64,000 bases of DNA from Eledone cirrhosa (Eukaryota): NCBI GenBank assembly GCA_964016885.1, contig OZ024740.1, positions 396,738,001 to 396,802,000 on the forward strand, written 5' to 3'. The position numbers were made by a program, and so were the translations under genes. Of the stretch, positions 34,956 to 49,800 are shown in pieces (within the stretch, counting starts at the first letter, position 1; each line of letters opens with the position of its first letter). The notes beneath the pieces were generated by a model. That model saw only the letters and a list, made by a program, of their open reading frames with translations. It was not told the DNA's origin and searched no databases.

Positions 34956-35914
34956 TTTGCTAAAGTGAAGTAAAGAAATATATTCAACCAGAATTGTTGG
35001 TATTTGTCGTGTTCATCATTTCTTCCACAACAAATAAAATTCACTTCACATCTACATATGAAAATTTGGATATTTACATATGTAGGTGTATTTGTACAGA
35101 TGAATATCCTTTCTACAGTTAAATCTATGGAGAGCATGACATTTATATTTCAATTAGGTTGATTAAAGTAAAGAGAGTAATATGACTGGCTTAAGAGTAC
35201 AACACAATGATTATATCAATAATTAAATTCATGCCCTAATAGTTAGCTGTATTTCAAACTCAGAGCAGGGTATGATTGTAGTCAAGAGAATTGATTTTAG
35301 TATATTACCAGTTCTATTTCATGGACTTTGGAGAAATGATAACTAATATCAAAATGAAATTACAGACCATAAAAGAGCCAAGGAAGCCTCTATGTTGTTG
35401 CTAAACAGCTTGAAATGGCAGCTAAAGTTTTCTCAAATGATACCCTACCATTTAAAAATATACATTGAGCAAGATAGTACTTGATATACATAAAGTTGGG
35501 ATGCTAACAACTGGAAAAATCTTGATCATAGGCCTGTTCAATCACCGGGGCCGTGAGGTAGCCAGCATGTAGGCCCCCATTACCTCATAATAGTGAGAGG
35601 TTAGAAGAGCAAGAGAGATGGATGCAGTGACATTGGGAGTTTGGTTCCTTTGTGTTCGGACCTGATGTATATGTATATATTTATTTACCGCACCACATGT
35701 TACATATGGACATGACTCCAGTTTGAATAGTTTTGGTAGTATGTAAATAACAGAAAAAACAACATTGTATGCTCTTTGCATGCATTCTATTGGGACCACT
35801 TGATGTTTGCTTCATCACATGCACATATGAAGGTGGGTCTTCTGCATTACTGCATAATGCCAGAGATCTCAATCCTGTGTCATGGTTTTTGAGAGGTGTA
35901 ATTATGTGAGGTCA

Positions 35915-36265
35915 GCTTTTATCACATCATCCCAAGCTTTCCTAGGTCATCCTCTCCCATAACATCCTGCACCTTGTTATGCAGCTATCATCCTTCATTC
36001 GTATTACTTGTCCATACCTCTCCTGCACACTACATAATCTCCTCTCCTGCACACTACATAATCTCCTCTCCTGCACACTACATCTGATCCCTCTTATGTC
36101 CAGTTTCTCTCTCAGTTCATTTACGCTTTGCTGATCATATATATTACTATTACAAATCCATTGGAGCATGCAAGCTTCATTTCTTTCCAATCTTCATAGG
36201 ACCTCTGCACACACACCACCCAGGTCTCACTACCATGCAACATTGCTGTTCGTATACACACATCA
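35915..36265 (-). mobile_element. RTE LINE fragment containing a 21-bp tandem triplication
   Basis: ERNEACMLQWIC...LREKLDIRGIRCSVQERRLCSVQERRLCSVQER. Confidence 0.75.
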
Positions 36266-37047
36266 TACTATCTGTGTGTATATATATGTGGTATATATAT
36301 GTACATGCACTGGGGTGCTAAAAGTAAATGTGGTGAGAGATAGGAGATTATATGGAGTTGAGAGGTCCTCCTAGCCTGAAGTGAATGAAAAAAATCTGTC
36401 TAATATGGTGTTACAATAGAATGCACTCAATAACTCCCTGGAAAGTTGGGTAGAGAGATTCTTTTGTTATGTCAAAAACTGGTTTGAAACCTCTCTAGTG
36501 TTGGTGCCATGATAAAATGTACTCAGTACTCTGCAAAGTGGAAGTGCTAGTGCCAATATCAAATGCACCATGTACTCTCTTAATGACACAGCCATACCTG
36601 CACACATGAAGAGAAATAGACCCAGTAATGGATTATAAACCAGGTATCCATCACCCGCTGAGTGATTACATAAATAATTACACTATAGAGGGCTTACATT
36701 AGTAAAAAAACACCCAAACGATACATTACTGTTTAAGATTAATTAATGACTTGAAAATTGTATAACCAATTATAGAACTATATAGTTATGCCATGGTTAT
36801 AACAACCTTCGTAGTGTTGATGGTGCAACCAATACACTCGGTTGATGATAGGAAGAGCATCAAGCCATAGAAACCCTGACAAAGAGGAGCACTTTTCAGC
36901 TGTGACAGAATATGACAACTTCCATAGTGTTGATGCCATGATAAAATGCACTTGACAGAGCATAGGGTTGTATGTCAGGCCTCCCCCAGTTTACCTGGAG
37001 GTCAGTGGCTCTGCTTGATTAGTGACCGGTCAGTGACAACACATACA

Positions 37048-37683
37048 ACCCTTGTTAGCAAAGAAAACAGATGCTAAATGATGATGATGATGGTGGTGAT
37101 GGTAGTGGTGAAGGTGGTGGTGGTGAAGTTGGTGGTGGTGAAGGTAGTGGTGGTGAAGGTGGTGAAGGTGGTGGTTGTGGTGAAGGTGGTGGTTGTGGTG
37201 AAGGTGGTGGTGGTGAAGGTCATGGTGGTGAATGTGGTGGTGGCGATGATGATGCTGATGATGCTGATGATGATGATGGTGGTGATGATGATGATGGTGA
37301 TAGTATATTCTTTTTTTTTTTCCTACATCGTTCTGATAATCTAGATATTTCTATAAAGTATTGGAGTAAAGTTTTATGGTTGGACACCTTTCTCCATGTT
37401 AGTCACTAAATCTTGAAATGGCAATTACTTTTCATCTTGCTTGACTGAGACAAGTGTTATGTGATAGTTGTGGGGGTGGTGGGGTGTTAGAATAAGTAGT
37501 AGTAGTAATATTGTTGGTGTTGATAGATGTACTAGTAGTGGTAGTGGTTGTAGCACCAGTAGGTGGCACTGGTGGTGGTAGCAGGGGTAGTGGTGGTGGC
37601 AGGTGGAAGTGATGGTGGTAGCAGTAGTAGTACCGGTGGTGGTGGCAGTATTAGTAATAGTGGAGGCAGTGGTGGTGGTGGTT

Positions 37684-37722
<39 letters not shown>

Positions 37723-37735
37723 ACAACAGCACTGA
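37048..37735. repeat. Low-complexity trinucleotide tracts (GAT/GGT/GAA; GTA/GGT) starting from an RTE-type tail
   Basis: cccttgttagcaaagaaaacagatgctaaatgatgatg tail at 37048-37090 grades into (GGT/GAT)n to ~37300; (GGT/GTA)n at 37465-37722. Confidence 0.9.
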
Positions 37736-37811
37736 TAGTTGTATAAAACTATGATAGCAGCAACACTGTCAGTAGAAGCAATAGCAGAAGAAGGAAGGAA
37801 GAAACAGCTTC

Positions 37812-40800
37812 GCCAGTAATGAAAGTGGAGTGGTGGTGTCAGATAATAGTATATAGCCAGTAATGAAAGTGGAGTGGTGGTGTCAGATAATAGTATATAG
37901 CCAGTAATGAAAGTGGAGTGGTGGTGTCAGATAATAGTATATAGCCAGTAATGAAAGTGGAGTGGTGGTGTCAGATAATAGTATATAGCCAGTAACGAAA
38001 GTGGAGTGGTGGTACCAGATAATAGTATATAGCCAGTAACGAAAGTGGAGTGGTGGTACCAGATAATAGTATATAGCCAGTAACGAAAGTGGAGTGGTGG
38101 TGTCAGATAATAGTATATAGCCAGTAATGAAAGTGGAGTGGTGATGTCAGATAATAGTATATAGCCAGTAATGAAAGTGGAGTGGTGGTGTCAGATAATA
38201 GTATATAGCCAGTAATGAAATTGGAGTGGTGGTGTCAGATAATAGTATATAGCCAGCAATGAAAGTGGAGTGGTGGTGTCAGATAATATTATATAGCCAG
38301 CAATGAAAGTAGAGTGGTGGTACCAGATAATAGTATATAGCCAGTAATGAAAGTGGAGTGGTGGTGTCAGATAATAGTATATAGCCAGTAATGAAAGTGG
38401 AGTGGTGGTGTCAGATAATAGTATATAGCCAGTAATGAAAGTGGAGTGGTGGTGTCAGATAATAGTATATAGCCAGTAATGAAAGTGGAGTGGTGGTGTC
38501 AGATAATATTATATATAGCCAGTAATGAAAGTGGAGTGGTGGTGTCAGATAATAGTATATAGCCAGTAATGAAAGTGGAGTGGTGGTGTCAGATAATAGT
38601 ATATAGCCAGTAATGAAAGTGGGGTGGTGGTGTCAGATAATAGTATGTAGCCAGTAATGAAAGTGGAGTGGAGGTGTCATATAATAGTATATAGCCAGTA
38701 ATGAAAGTGGAGTGGTGGTGTCAGATAATAGTATATAGCCAGTAATGAAAGTGGAGTGGTGGTACCAGATAATAGTATATAGCCAGTAATGAAAGTGGAG
38801 TGGTGGTGTCAGATAATAGTATATAGCCAGTAATGAAAGTGGAGTGGTGGTGTCAGATAATAGTATATAGCCAGTAATGAAATTGGAGTGGTGGTGTCAG
38901 ATAATAGTATATAGGCAGTAATAAAAGTGAAGTGGTGGTCTCAGATAATAGTATATAGCCAGTAATGAAAGTGGAGTGGTGGTACCAGATAATAGTATAT
39001 AGCCAGTAATGAAAGTGGAGTGGTGGTACCAGATAATAGTATATAGCCAGTAATGAAAGTGGATGGTGGTGTCAGATAATAGTATATAGCCAGCAATGAA
39101 AGTGGAGTGGTGGTACCAGATAATAGTATATAGCCAGTAATGAAAGTGGAGTGGTGGTGTCAGATAATAGTATATAGCCAGTAATGAAAGTGGAGTGGTG
39201 GTGTCAGATAATAGTATATAGCCAGTAATGAAAGTGGAGTGGTGGTGTCAGATAATATTATATAGCCAGTAATGAAACTGGAGTGGTGGTGTCAGATAAT
39301 AGAATATAGCCAGTAATGAAAGTGGAGTGGTAGTACCAGATAATAGTATATAGCCAGTAATGAAAGTGGAGTGGTGGTGTCAGATAATAGTATATAGCCA
39401 GCAATGAAACTGGAGTGTTGGTGTCAGATAATAGTATATAGCCAGTAATGAAAGTGGAGTGGTTGTACCAGATAATAGTATATAGCCAGTAATGAAAGTG
39501 GAGTGGTGGTGTCAGATAATAGTATATAGCCAGCAATGAAAGTGGTGGTACCAGATAATAGTATAGAGCCAGTAATGAAAGTGGAGTGGTGGTGTCAGAT
39601 AATAGTATATAGCCAGTAATGAAAGTGGAGTGGTGGTGTCAGATAATAGTATATAGCCAGTAATGAAACTGGAGTGGTGGTGTCAGATAATAGTATATAG
39701 CCAGTAATGAAAGTGGAGTGGTGGGGTCAGATAATAGTATATAGGCAGTAATGAAAGTGGAGTGGTGGTGTCAGATAATAGTATATAGCCAGTAATGAAA
39801 GTGGAGTGGTGGTACCAGGTAATAGTATATAGCCAGTAATGAAAGTGGAGTGGTGGTGTCAGATAATAGTATATAGCCAGCAATGAAAGTGGAGTGGTGG
39901 TGTCAGATAATAGTATATAGCCAGCAATGAAAGTGGTGGTACCAGATAATAGTATAGAGCCAGTAATGAAAGTGGAGTGGTGGTGTCAGATAATAGTATA
40001 TAGCCAGTAATGAAAGTGGAGTGGTGGTGTCAGATAATAGTATATAGCCAGTAATGAAACTGGAGTGGTGGTGTCAGATAATAGTATATAGGCAGTAATG
40101 AAAGTGGAGTGGTGGTGTCAGATAATAGTATATAGCCAGTAATGAAAGTGGAGTGGTGGGACCAGGTAATAGTATATAGCCAGTAATGAAAGTGGAGTGG
40201 TGGTGTCAGATAATAGTATATAGCCAGCAATGAAACTGGAGTGGTGGTGTCAGATAATAGTATATAGCCAGTAATGAAAGTGGAGTGGTGGTGTCAGATA
40301 ATAGTATATAGCCAGTAATGAAAGTGGAGTGGTGGGACCAGGTAATAGTATATAGCCAGTAATGAAAGTGGAGTGGTGGTGTCAGATAATAGTATATAGC
40401 CAGCAATGAAACTGGAGTGGTGGTGTCAGATAATAGTATATAGCCAGTAATGAAAGTGGAGTGGTGGTGTCAGATAATAGTATATAGCCAGTAATGAAAG
40501 TGGAGTGGTGGTGTCAGATAATAGTATATAGCCAGTAATGAAAGTGGAGTGGTGGTGTCAGATAATAGTATATAGCCAGTAATGAAAGTGGAGTGGTGGT
40601 GTCAGATAATAATATATATAGCCAGTAATGAAAGTGGAGTGGTGGTACCAGATAATAGTATATAGCCAGTAATGAAAGTGGATGGTGGTGTCAGATAATA
40701 GTATATAGCCAGTAATGAAAGTGGAGTGGCGGTGTCAGAAAATAGTATATAACAATAAATAACATGTGGAGTGCGGGTGTCAGATAATAGTATATAGCCA

Positions 40801-43800
40801 GTAATGAAAGTGGAGTGGTGGTACCAGATAATAGTATATAGCCAGTAATGAAAGTGGAGTGGTGGTGTCAGATAATAGTATATAGCCAGTAATGAAAGTG
40901 GAGTGGTGGGTCAGATAATAGTATATAGCCAGTAATGAAAGTGGAGTGGTGGTACCAGATAATAGTATTTGCCAGTAATGAAAGTGGAGTGGTGGTGTCA
41001 GATAATAGTATATAGCCAGTAATGAAAGTGGAGTGGTGGCGTCAGATAATAGTATATAGCCAGTAATGAAAGTGGAGTGGTGGTGTCAGATAATAGTATA
41101 TAGCCAGTAATGAAAGTGGGGTGGTGGTGTCAGATAATAGTATGTAGCCAGTAATGAAAGTGGAGTGGAGGTGTCATATAATAGTATATAGCCAGTAATG
41201 AAAGTGGGGTGGTGGTGTCAGATAATAGTATATAGCCAGTAATGAAAGTGGAGTGGTGGTGTCAGATAATAATATATAGCCAGTAATGAAAGTGGAGTGG
41301 TGGGATCAGATAATAATATATAGCCAGTAATGAAAGTGGAGTGGTGGTGTCAGATAATATTATATAGCCAGTAATGAAAGTGGAGTGGTGGTGTCAGATA
41401 ATAGTATATAGCCAGTAATGCAAGTGGAGTGGTGGTGTCAGATAATAGTATATAGCCAGCAATGAAAGTGGAGTGGTGGTACCAGATAATAGTATATAGC
41501 CAGTAATGAAAGTGGAGTGGTGGTGTCAGATAATAGTATATAGCCAGTAATGAAAGTGGAGTGGTGGTACCAGATAATAGTATATAGCCAGTAATGAAAG
41601 TGGAGTGGTGGTGTCAGATAATAGTATATAGCCAGCAATGAAACTGGAGTGGTGGTGTCAGATAATAGTATATAGCCAGTAATGAAAGTGGAGTGGTGGT
41701 ACCAGATAATAGTATATAGCGAGTAATGAAAGTGGAGTGGTGGTGTCAGATAATAGTATATAGCCAGTAATGAAAGTAGAGTGGTGGTGTCAGATAATAG
41801 TATATAGCCAGTAATGCAAGTGGAGTGGTGGTGTCACATAATAGTATATAGCCAGTAATGAACGTGGAGTGGTGGTGTCAGATAATAGTATATAGCCAGT
41901 AATGAAAGTGGAGTGGTGGTGTCAGATAATAGTATATAGCCAGCAATGAAACTGGAGTGGTGGTGTCAGATAATAATATATAGCCAGTAATGAAAGTGGA
42001 GTGGTGGTGTCACATAATAGTATATAGCCAGTAATGAAAGTGGAGTGGTGGGGTCACATAATAGTATATAGCCAGTAATGAAAGTGGAGTGGTGGTGTCA
42101 GATAATAGTATATAGCCAGTAATGAAAGTGGAGTGGTGGTGTCAGAAAATAGTATATAGCCAGTAATGAAAGTGGAGTGCGGGTGTCAGATAATAGTATA
42201 TAGCCTGTAATGAAAGTGGAGTGGTGGTGTCAGATAATACTATATAACCAGTAATGAAAGTGGAGTGGTGGTGTCAGATAATAGTATATAGCCAGTAATG
42301 AAAGTAGAATGGTGGTGTCAGATAATAGTATATAGCCAGTAATGAAAGTGGAGTGGTGGGGTCAGATAATACTATATAACCAGTAATGAAAGTGGAGTGG
42401 TGGTGTCAGATAATAGTATATAGCCAGTAATGAAAGTAGAATGGTGGTGTCAGATAATATTATATAGCCAGTAATGAAAGTGGAGTGGTGGTGTCAGATA
42501 ATAGTATATAGCCAGTAATGCAAGTGGAGTGGTGGTGTCAGATAATAGTATATAGCCAGTAATGAAAGTGGAGTGGTGGGGTCAGACAATACTATATAAC
42601 CAGTAATGAAAGTGGAGTGGTGGTGTCAGATAATAGTATATAGCCAGTAATGAAAGTAGAATGGTGGTGTCAGATAATATTATATAGCCAGTAATGAAAG
42701 TGGAGTGGTGGTGTCAGATAATAGTATATAGCCAGTAATGAAAGTGGAGTGGTGGTGTCAGATAATAGTATATAGCCAGTAATGAAAGTGGAGTGGTGGG
42801 GTCAGATAATAATATATAGCCAGTAATGAAAGTGGAGTGGTGGTGTCAGATAATATTATATAGCCAGTAATGAAAGTGGAGTGGTGGTGTCAGATAATAG
42901 TATATAGCCAGTAATGCAAGTGGAGTGGTGGTGTCAGATAATAGTATATAGTCAGCAATGAAAGTGGAGTGGTGGTACCAGATAATAGTATATAGCCAGT
43001 AATGAAAGTGGAGTGGTGGTGTCAGATAATAGTATATAGCCAGTAATGAAAGTGGAGTGGTGGTACCAGATAATAGTATATAGCCAGTAATGAAAGTGGA
43101 GTGGTGGTGTGAGATAACAGTATATAGCCAGCAATGAAACTGGAGTGGTGGTGTCAGATAATAGTATATAGCCAGTAATGAAAGTGGAATGGTGGTACCA
43201 GATAATAGTATATAGCCAGTAATGAAAGTGGAGTGGTGGTGTCAGATGATAGTATATAGCCAGTAATGAAAGTGGAGTGGTGGTGTCAGATACTAGTATA
43301 TAGCCAGTAATGAAACTGGAGTGGTGGTGTCAGATAATAGTATATAGCCAGTAATGAAAGTGGAGTGGTGGGGTCAGATAATAGTATATAGCCAGTAATG
43401 AAAGTGGAGTGGTGGTGTCAGATAATAGTATATAGCCAGTAATGAAAGTGGAGTGGTGGTGTCAGATAATAGTATATAGCCAGTAATGAAAGTGGAGTGG
43501 TGGTGTCAGATAATAGTATATAGCCAGTAATGAAAGTGGAGTGGTGGTGTCACATAATAGTATATAGCCAGTAATGAAAGTGGAGTGGTGGTGTCAGATA
43601 ATAGTATATAGCCAGTAATGAAAGTGGAGTGGTGGGGTCAGATAATAGTATATAGCCAGTAATGAAAGTGGAGTGGTGGTGTCACATAATAGTATATAGC
43701 CAGTAATGAAAGTGGAGTGCGGGTGTCAGATAATAGTATATAGCCAGTAATGAAAGTAGAGTGGTGGTACCAGATAATAGTATATAGCTAGTAATGAAAG

Positions 43801-46800
43801 TGGAGTGGTGGTGTCAGATAATAGTATATAGCCAGCAATGAAAGTGGGGTGGTGGTGTCAGATGATAGTATATAGCCAGTAATGAAAGTGGAGTGGTGGT
43901 ACCAGATAATAGTATATAGCCAGTAATGAAAGTGGAGTGGTGGTGTCAGATAATAGTATATAGCCAGTAATGAAAGTGGAGTGGTGGGTCAGATAATAGT
44001 ATATAGCCAGTAATGAAAGTGGAGTGGTGGTACCAGATAATAGTATATAGCCAGTAATGAAAGTGGAGTGGTGGTGTCAGATAATAGTATATAGCCAGTA
44101 ATGAAAGTGGAGTGGTGGTGTCAGATAATAGTATATAGCCAGTAATGAAAGTGGAGTGGTGGTGTCAGATAATAGTATATAGCCAGTAATGAAAGTGGGG
44201 TGGTGGTGTCAGATAATAGTATATAGCCAGTAAGGAAAGTGGGGGGGTGGTGTCAGATAATAGTATATAGCCAGTAATGAAAGTGGAATGGTGGTGTCAG
44301 ATAATAGTATATAGCCAGTAATGAAAGTGGAGTGGTGGTGTCAGATAATAGTATATAGCCAGAAATGAAAGTGGAGTGGTGGTGTCATATAATAGTATAT
44401 AGCCAGTAATGAAAGTGGGGTGGTGGTGTCAGATAATAGTATATAGCCAGTAATGAAAGTGGAATGCTGGTGTCAGATAATAGTATATAGCCAGTAATGA
44501 AAGTGGAGTGGTGGGGTCAGATAATAATATATAGCCAGTAATGAAAGTGGAGTGGTGGTGTCAGATAATATTATATAGCCAGTAATGAAAGTGGAGTGGT
44601 GGTGTCAGATAATAGTATATAGCCAGTAATGAAAGTGGAGTGGTGGTACCAGATAATAGTATATAGCCAGTAATGAAAGTGGAGTGGTGGTGTCAGATAA
44701 TAGTATATAGCCAGTAATGAAAGTGGAGTGGTGGTACCAGATAATAGTATATAGCCAGTAATGAAAGTGGGGTGGTGGTGTCAGATAATAGTATATAGCC
44801 AGCAATGAAACTGGAGTGGTGGTGTCAGATAATAGTATATAGCCAGTAATGAAAGTGGAGTGGTGGTACCAGATAATAGTATATAGCCAGTAATGAAAGT
44901 GGAGTGGTGGTGTCAGATAATAGTATATAGCCAGTAATGAAAGTAGAGTGGTGGTGTCAGATAATAGTATATAGCCAGTAATGCAAGTGGAGTGGTGGTG
45001 TCACATAATAGTATATAGCCAGTAATGAACGTGGAGTGGTGGTGTCAGATAATAGTATATAGCCAGTAATGAAAGTGGAGTGGTGGGGTCACATAATAGT
45101 ATATAGCCAGTAATGAAAGTGGAGTGGTGGTGTCAGATAATAGTATATAGCCAGTAATGAAAGTGGAGTGGTGGTGTCAGAAAATAGTATATAGCCAGTA
45201 ATGAAAGTGGAGTGCGGGTGTCAGATAATAGTATATAGCCTGTAATGAAAGTGGAGTGGTGGTGTCAGATAATACTATATAACCAGTAATGAAAGTGGAG
45301 TGGTGGTGTCAGATAATAGTATATAGCCAGTAATGAAAGTAGAATGGTGGTGTCAGATAATAGTATATAGCCAGTAATGAAAGTGGAGTGGTGGGGTCAG
45401 ATAATACTATATAACCAGTAATGAAAGTGGAGTGGTGGTGTCAGATAATAGTATATAGCCAGTAATGAAAGTAGAATGGTGGTGTCAGATAATATTATAT
45501 AGCCAGTAATGAAAGTGGAGTGGTGGTGTCAGATAATAGTATATAGCCAGTAATGCAAGTGGAGTGGTGGTGTCAGATAATAGTATATAGCCAGTAATGA
45601 AAGTGGAGTGGTGGGGTCAGACAATACTATATAACCAGTAATGAAAGTGGAGTGGTGGTGTCAGATAATAGTATATAGCCAGTAATGAAAGTAGAATGGT
45701 GGTGTCAGATAATATTATATAGCCAGTAATGAAAGTGGAGTGGTGGTGTCAGATAATAGTATATAGCCAGTAATGAAAGTGGAGTGGTGGTGTCAGATAA
45801 TAGTATATAGCCAGTAATGAAAGTGGAGTGGTGGGGTCAGATAATAATATATAGCCAGTAATGAAAGTGGAGTGGTGGTGTCAGATAATATTATATAGCC
45901 AGTAATGAAAGTGGAGTGGTGGTGTCAGATAATAGTATATAGCCAGTAATGCAAGTGGAGTGGTGGTGTCAGATAATAGTATATAGCCAGCAATGAAAGT
46001 GGAGTGGTGGTACCAGATAATAGTATATAGCCAGTAATGAAAGTGGAGTGGTGGTGTCAGATAATAGTATAGAGCCAGTAATGAAAGTGGAGTGGTGGTA
46101 CCAGATAATAGTATATAGCCAGTAATGAAAGTGGAGTGGTGGTGTGAGATAACAGTATATAGCCAGCAATGAAACTGGAGTGGTGGTGTCAGATAATAGT
46201 ATATAGCCAGTAATGAAAGTGGAGTGGTGGTACCAGATAATAGTATATAGCCAGTAATGAAAGTGGAGTGGTGGTGTCAGATGATAGTATATAGCCAGTA
46301 ATGAAAGTGGAGTGGTGGTGTCAGATAATAGTATATAGCCAGTAATGAAACTGGAGTGGTGGTGTCAGATAATAGTATATAGCCAGTAATGAAAGTGGAG
46401 TGGTGGGGTCAGATAATAGTATATAGCCAGTAATGAAAGTGGAGTGGTGGTGTCAGATAATAGTATATAGCCAGTAATGAAAGTGGAGTGGTGGTGTCAG
46501 ATAATAGTATATAGCCAGTAATGAAAGTGGAGTGGTGGTGTCAGATAATAGTATATAGCCAGTAATGAAAGTGGAGTGGTGGTGTCACATAATAGTATAT
46601 AGCCAGTAATGAAAGTGGAGTGGTGGTGTCAGATAATAGTATATAGCCAGTAATGAAAGTGGAGTGGTGGGGTCAGATAATAGTATATAGCCAGTAATGA
46701 AAGTGGAGTGGTGGTGTCACATAATAGTATATAGCCAGTAATGAAAGTGGAGTGCGTGTGTCAGATAATAGTATATAGCCAGTAATGAAAGTAGAGTGGT

Positions 46801-49800
46801 GGTACCAGATAATAGTATATAGCTAGTAATGAAAGTGGAGTGGTGGTGTCAGATAATAGTATATAGCCAGCAATGAAAGTGGGGTGGTGGTGTCAGATAA
46901 TAGTATATAGCCAGTAATGAAAGTGGAGTGGTGGTACCAGATAATAGTATATAGCCAGTAATGAAAGTGGAGTGGTGGTGTCAGATAATAGTATATAGCC
47001 AGTAATGAAAGTGGAGTGGTGGGTCAGATAATAGTATATAGCCAGAAATGAAAGTGGAGTGGTGGGGTCAGATAATAATATATAGCCAGTAATGAAAGTG
47101 GAGTGGTGGTGTCAGATAATATTATATAGCCAGTAATGAAAGTGGAGTGGTGGTGTCAGATAATAGTATATAGCCAGTAATGAAAGTGGAGTGGTGGTGT
47201 CAGATAATAGTATATAGCCAGTAATGAAAGTGGGGTGGTGGTGTCAGATAATAGTATATAGCCAGTAATGAAAGTGGGGGGGGGGTGTCAGATAATAGTA
47301 TATAGCCAGTAATGAAAGTGGAGTGGTGGTGTCAGATAATAGTATATAGCCAGTGAAAGTGGAGTGGTGGTGTCAGATAATAGTATATAGCCAGTAATGA
47401 AAATGAGGTGGTGGTGTCAGGTAATAGTATATAGCCAGTAGTGAAAGTGGAGTGGTGGTGTCAGATAATAGTATATAGCCAGTGAAAGTGGAGTGGTGGT
47501 ACCAGATAATAGTATATAGCCAGTGAAAGTGGAGTGGTGGTACCAGATAATAGTATATAGCCAGTGAAAGTGGGGTGGTGGTGTCAGATAATAGTATATA
47601 GCCAATGAAAGTGGAGTGGTGGTACCAGATAATAGTATATAGCCAGTGAAAGTGGAGTGGTGGTACCAGATAATAGTATATAGCCAGTAATGAAAGTGGA
47701 GTGCGGGTGTCAGATAATAGTATATAGCCAGTAATGAAAGTGGAGTGGTGGTACCAGATAATAGTATATAGCTAGTAATGAAAGTGGAGTGGTGGTGTCA
47801 GATAATATTATATAGCCAGTAATGAAAGGGGAGTGGTGGTGTCAGATAATAGTATATAGCCAGAAAAGAAAGTGGGGTGGTGGTGTCAGATAATAGTATA
47901 TAGCCAGTAATGAAAGTGGGGTGGTGGTGTCAGATAATAGTATATAGCCAGTAATGAAAGTGGAGTGGTGGTGTCAGATAATAGTATATAGCCAGTAATG
48001 AAAGTGGAGTGGTGGTGTCAGATAATACTATATAGCCAGTAATGAAAGTGGAGTGGTGGTGTCAAATAATAGTATATAGGCAGTAATGAAAGTGGAGTGG
48101 TGGTGTCAGATAATAGTATATAGCCAGCAATGAAACTGGAGTGGTGGAGTCAGATAATAGTATATAGCCAGTAATGAAAGTGGAGTGGTGGTACCAGATA
48201 ATAGTATATAGCCAGTAATGAAAGTGGAGTGGTGGTGTCAGATAATAGTATATAGCCAGCAATGAAAGTGGAGTGGTGGTACCAGATAATAGTATATAGC
48301 CAGTAATGAAAGTGAAGTGGTGGTGTCAGATAATAGTATATAGCCAGTAATGAAAGTGGAGTGGTGGTGTCAGATAATAGTATATAGCCAGTAATGAATG
48401 TGGAGTGGTGGTACCAGATAATAGTATATAGCCAGTAATGAAAGTGGAGTGGTGGTGTCAGATAATAGTATATAGCCAGTAATGAAAGTGGAGTGGTGGG
48501 TCAGATAATAGTATATAGCCAGTAATGAAAGCGGAGTGGTGGTGTCAGATAATAGTATATAGCCAGTAATGAAAGTGGAGTGGTGGTGTCAGATAATAGT
48601 ATATAGCCAGTAATGAAAGTGGAGTGGTGGTGTCAGATAATAGTATATAGCCAGTAATGAAAGTGGAGTGGTGGTGTCAGATAATAGTATATAGCCAGTA
48701 ATGAAAGTGGAATGGTGGTGTCAGATAATAGTATATAGCCAGTAATGAAAGTGGAGTGGTGGTGTCAGATAATAGTATATAGCCAGAAATGAAAGTGGAG
48801 TGGTGGTGTCATATAATAGTATATAGCCAGTAATGAAAGTGGGGTGGTGGTGTCAGATAATAGTATATAGCCAGTAATGAAAGTGGAATGGTGGTGTCAG
48901 ATAATAGTATATAGCCAGTAATGAAAGTGGAGTGGTGGGGTCAGATAATAATATATAGCCAGTAATGAAAGTGGAGTGGTGGTGTCAGATAATATTATAT
49001 AGCCAGTAATGAAAGTGGAGTGGTGGTGTCAGATAATAGTATATAGCCAGTAATGAAAGTGGAGTGGTGGTGTCAGATAATAGTATATAGCCAGTAATGA
49101 AAGTGGGGTGGTGGTGTCAGATAATAGTATATAGCCAGTAATGAAAGTGGAGTGGTGGTGTCAGATAATAGTATATAGCCAGCAATGAAAGTGGGGGGGG
49201 GGGGTGTCAGATAATAGTATATAGCCAGTAATGAAAGTGGAGTGGTGGTGTCAGATAATAGTATATAGCCAGTGAAAGTGGAGTGGTGGTGTCAGATAAT
49301 AGTATAGAGCCAGTAATGAAAGTGAGGTGGTGGTGTCAGGTAATAGTATATAGCCAGTAATGAAAGTGGAGTGGTGGTGTCAGATAATAGTATATAGCCA
49401 GTGAAAGTGGAGTGGTGGTACCAGATAATAGTATATAGCCAGTGAAAGTGGAGTGGTGGTACCAGATAATAGTATATAGCCAGTGAAAGTGGGGTGGTGG
49501 TGTCAGATAATAGTATATAGCCAATGAAAGTGGAGTGGTGGTACCAGATAATAGTATATAGCCAGTGAAAGTGGAGTGGTGGTACCAGATAATAGTATAG
49601 AGCCAGTAATGAAAGTGGAGTGCGGGTGTCAGATAATAGTATATAGCCAGTAATGAAAGTGGAGTGGTGGTACCAGATAATAGTATATAGCTAGTAATGA
49701 AAGTGGAGTGGTGGTGTCAGATAATATTATATAGCCAGTGATGAAAGTGGAGTGGTGGTGTCAGATAATAGTATATAGCCAGAAACGAAAGTGGGGTGGT

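Noticed and set aside
37071-37754. Gly/Glu/Asp-rich, Val-rich and Leu/Pro-rich ORFs
   Set aside because: They are trinucleotide low-complexity tracts grown from a retroelement (GAT)n tail, open in several frames, with no splice or homology support.
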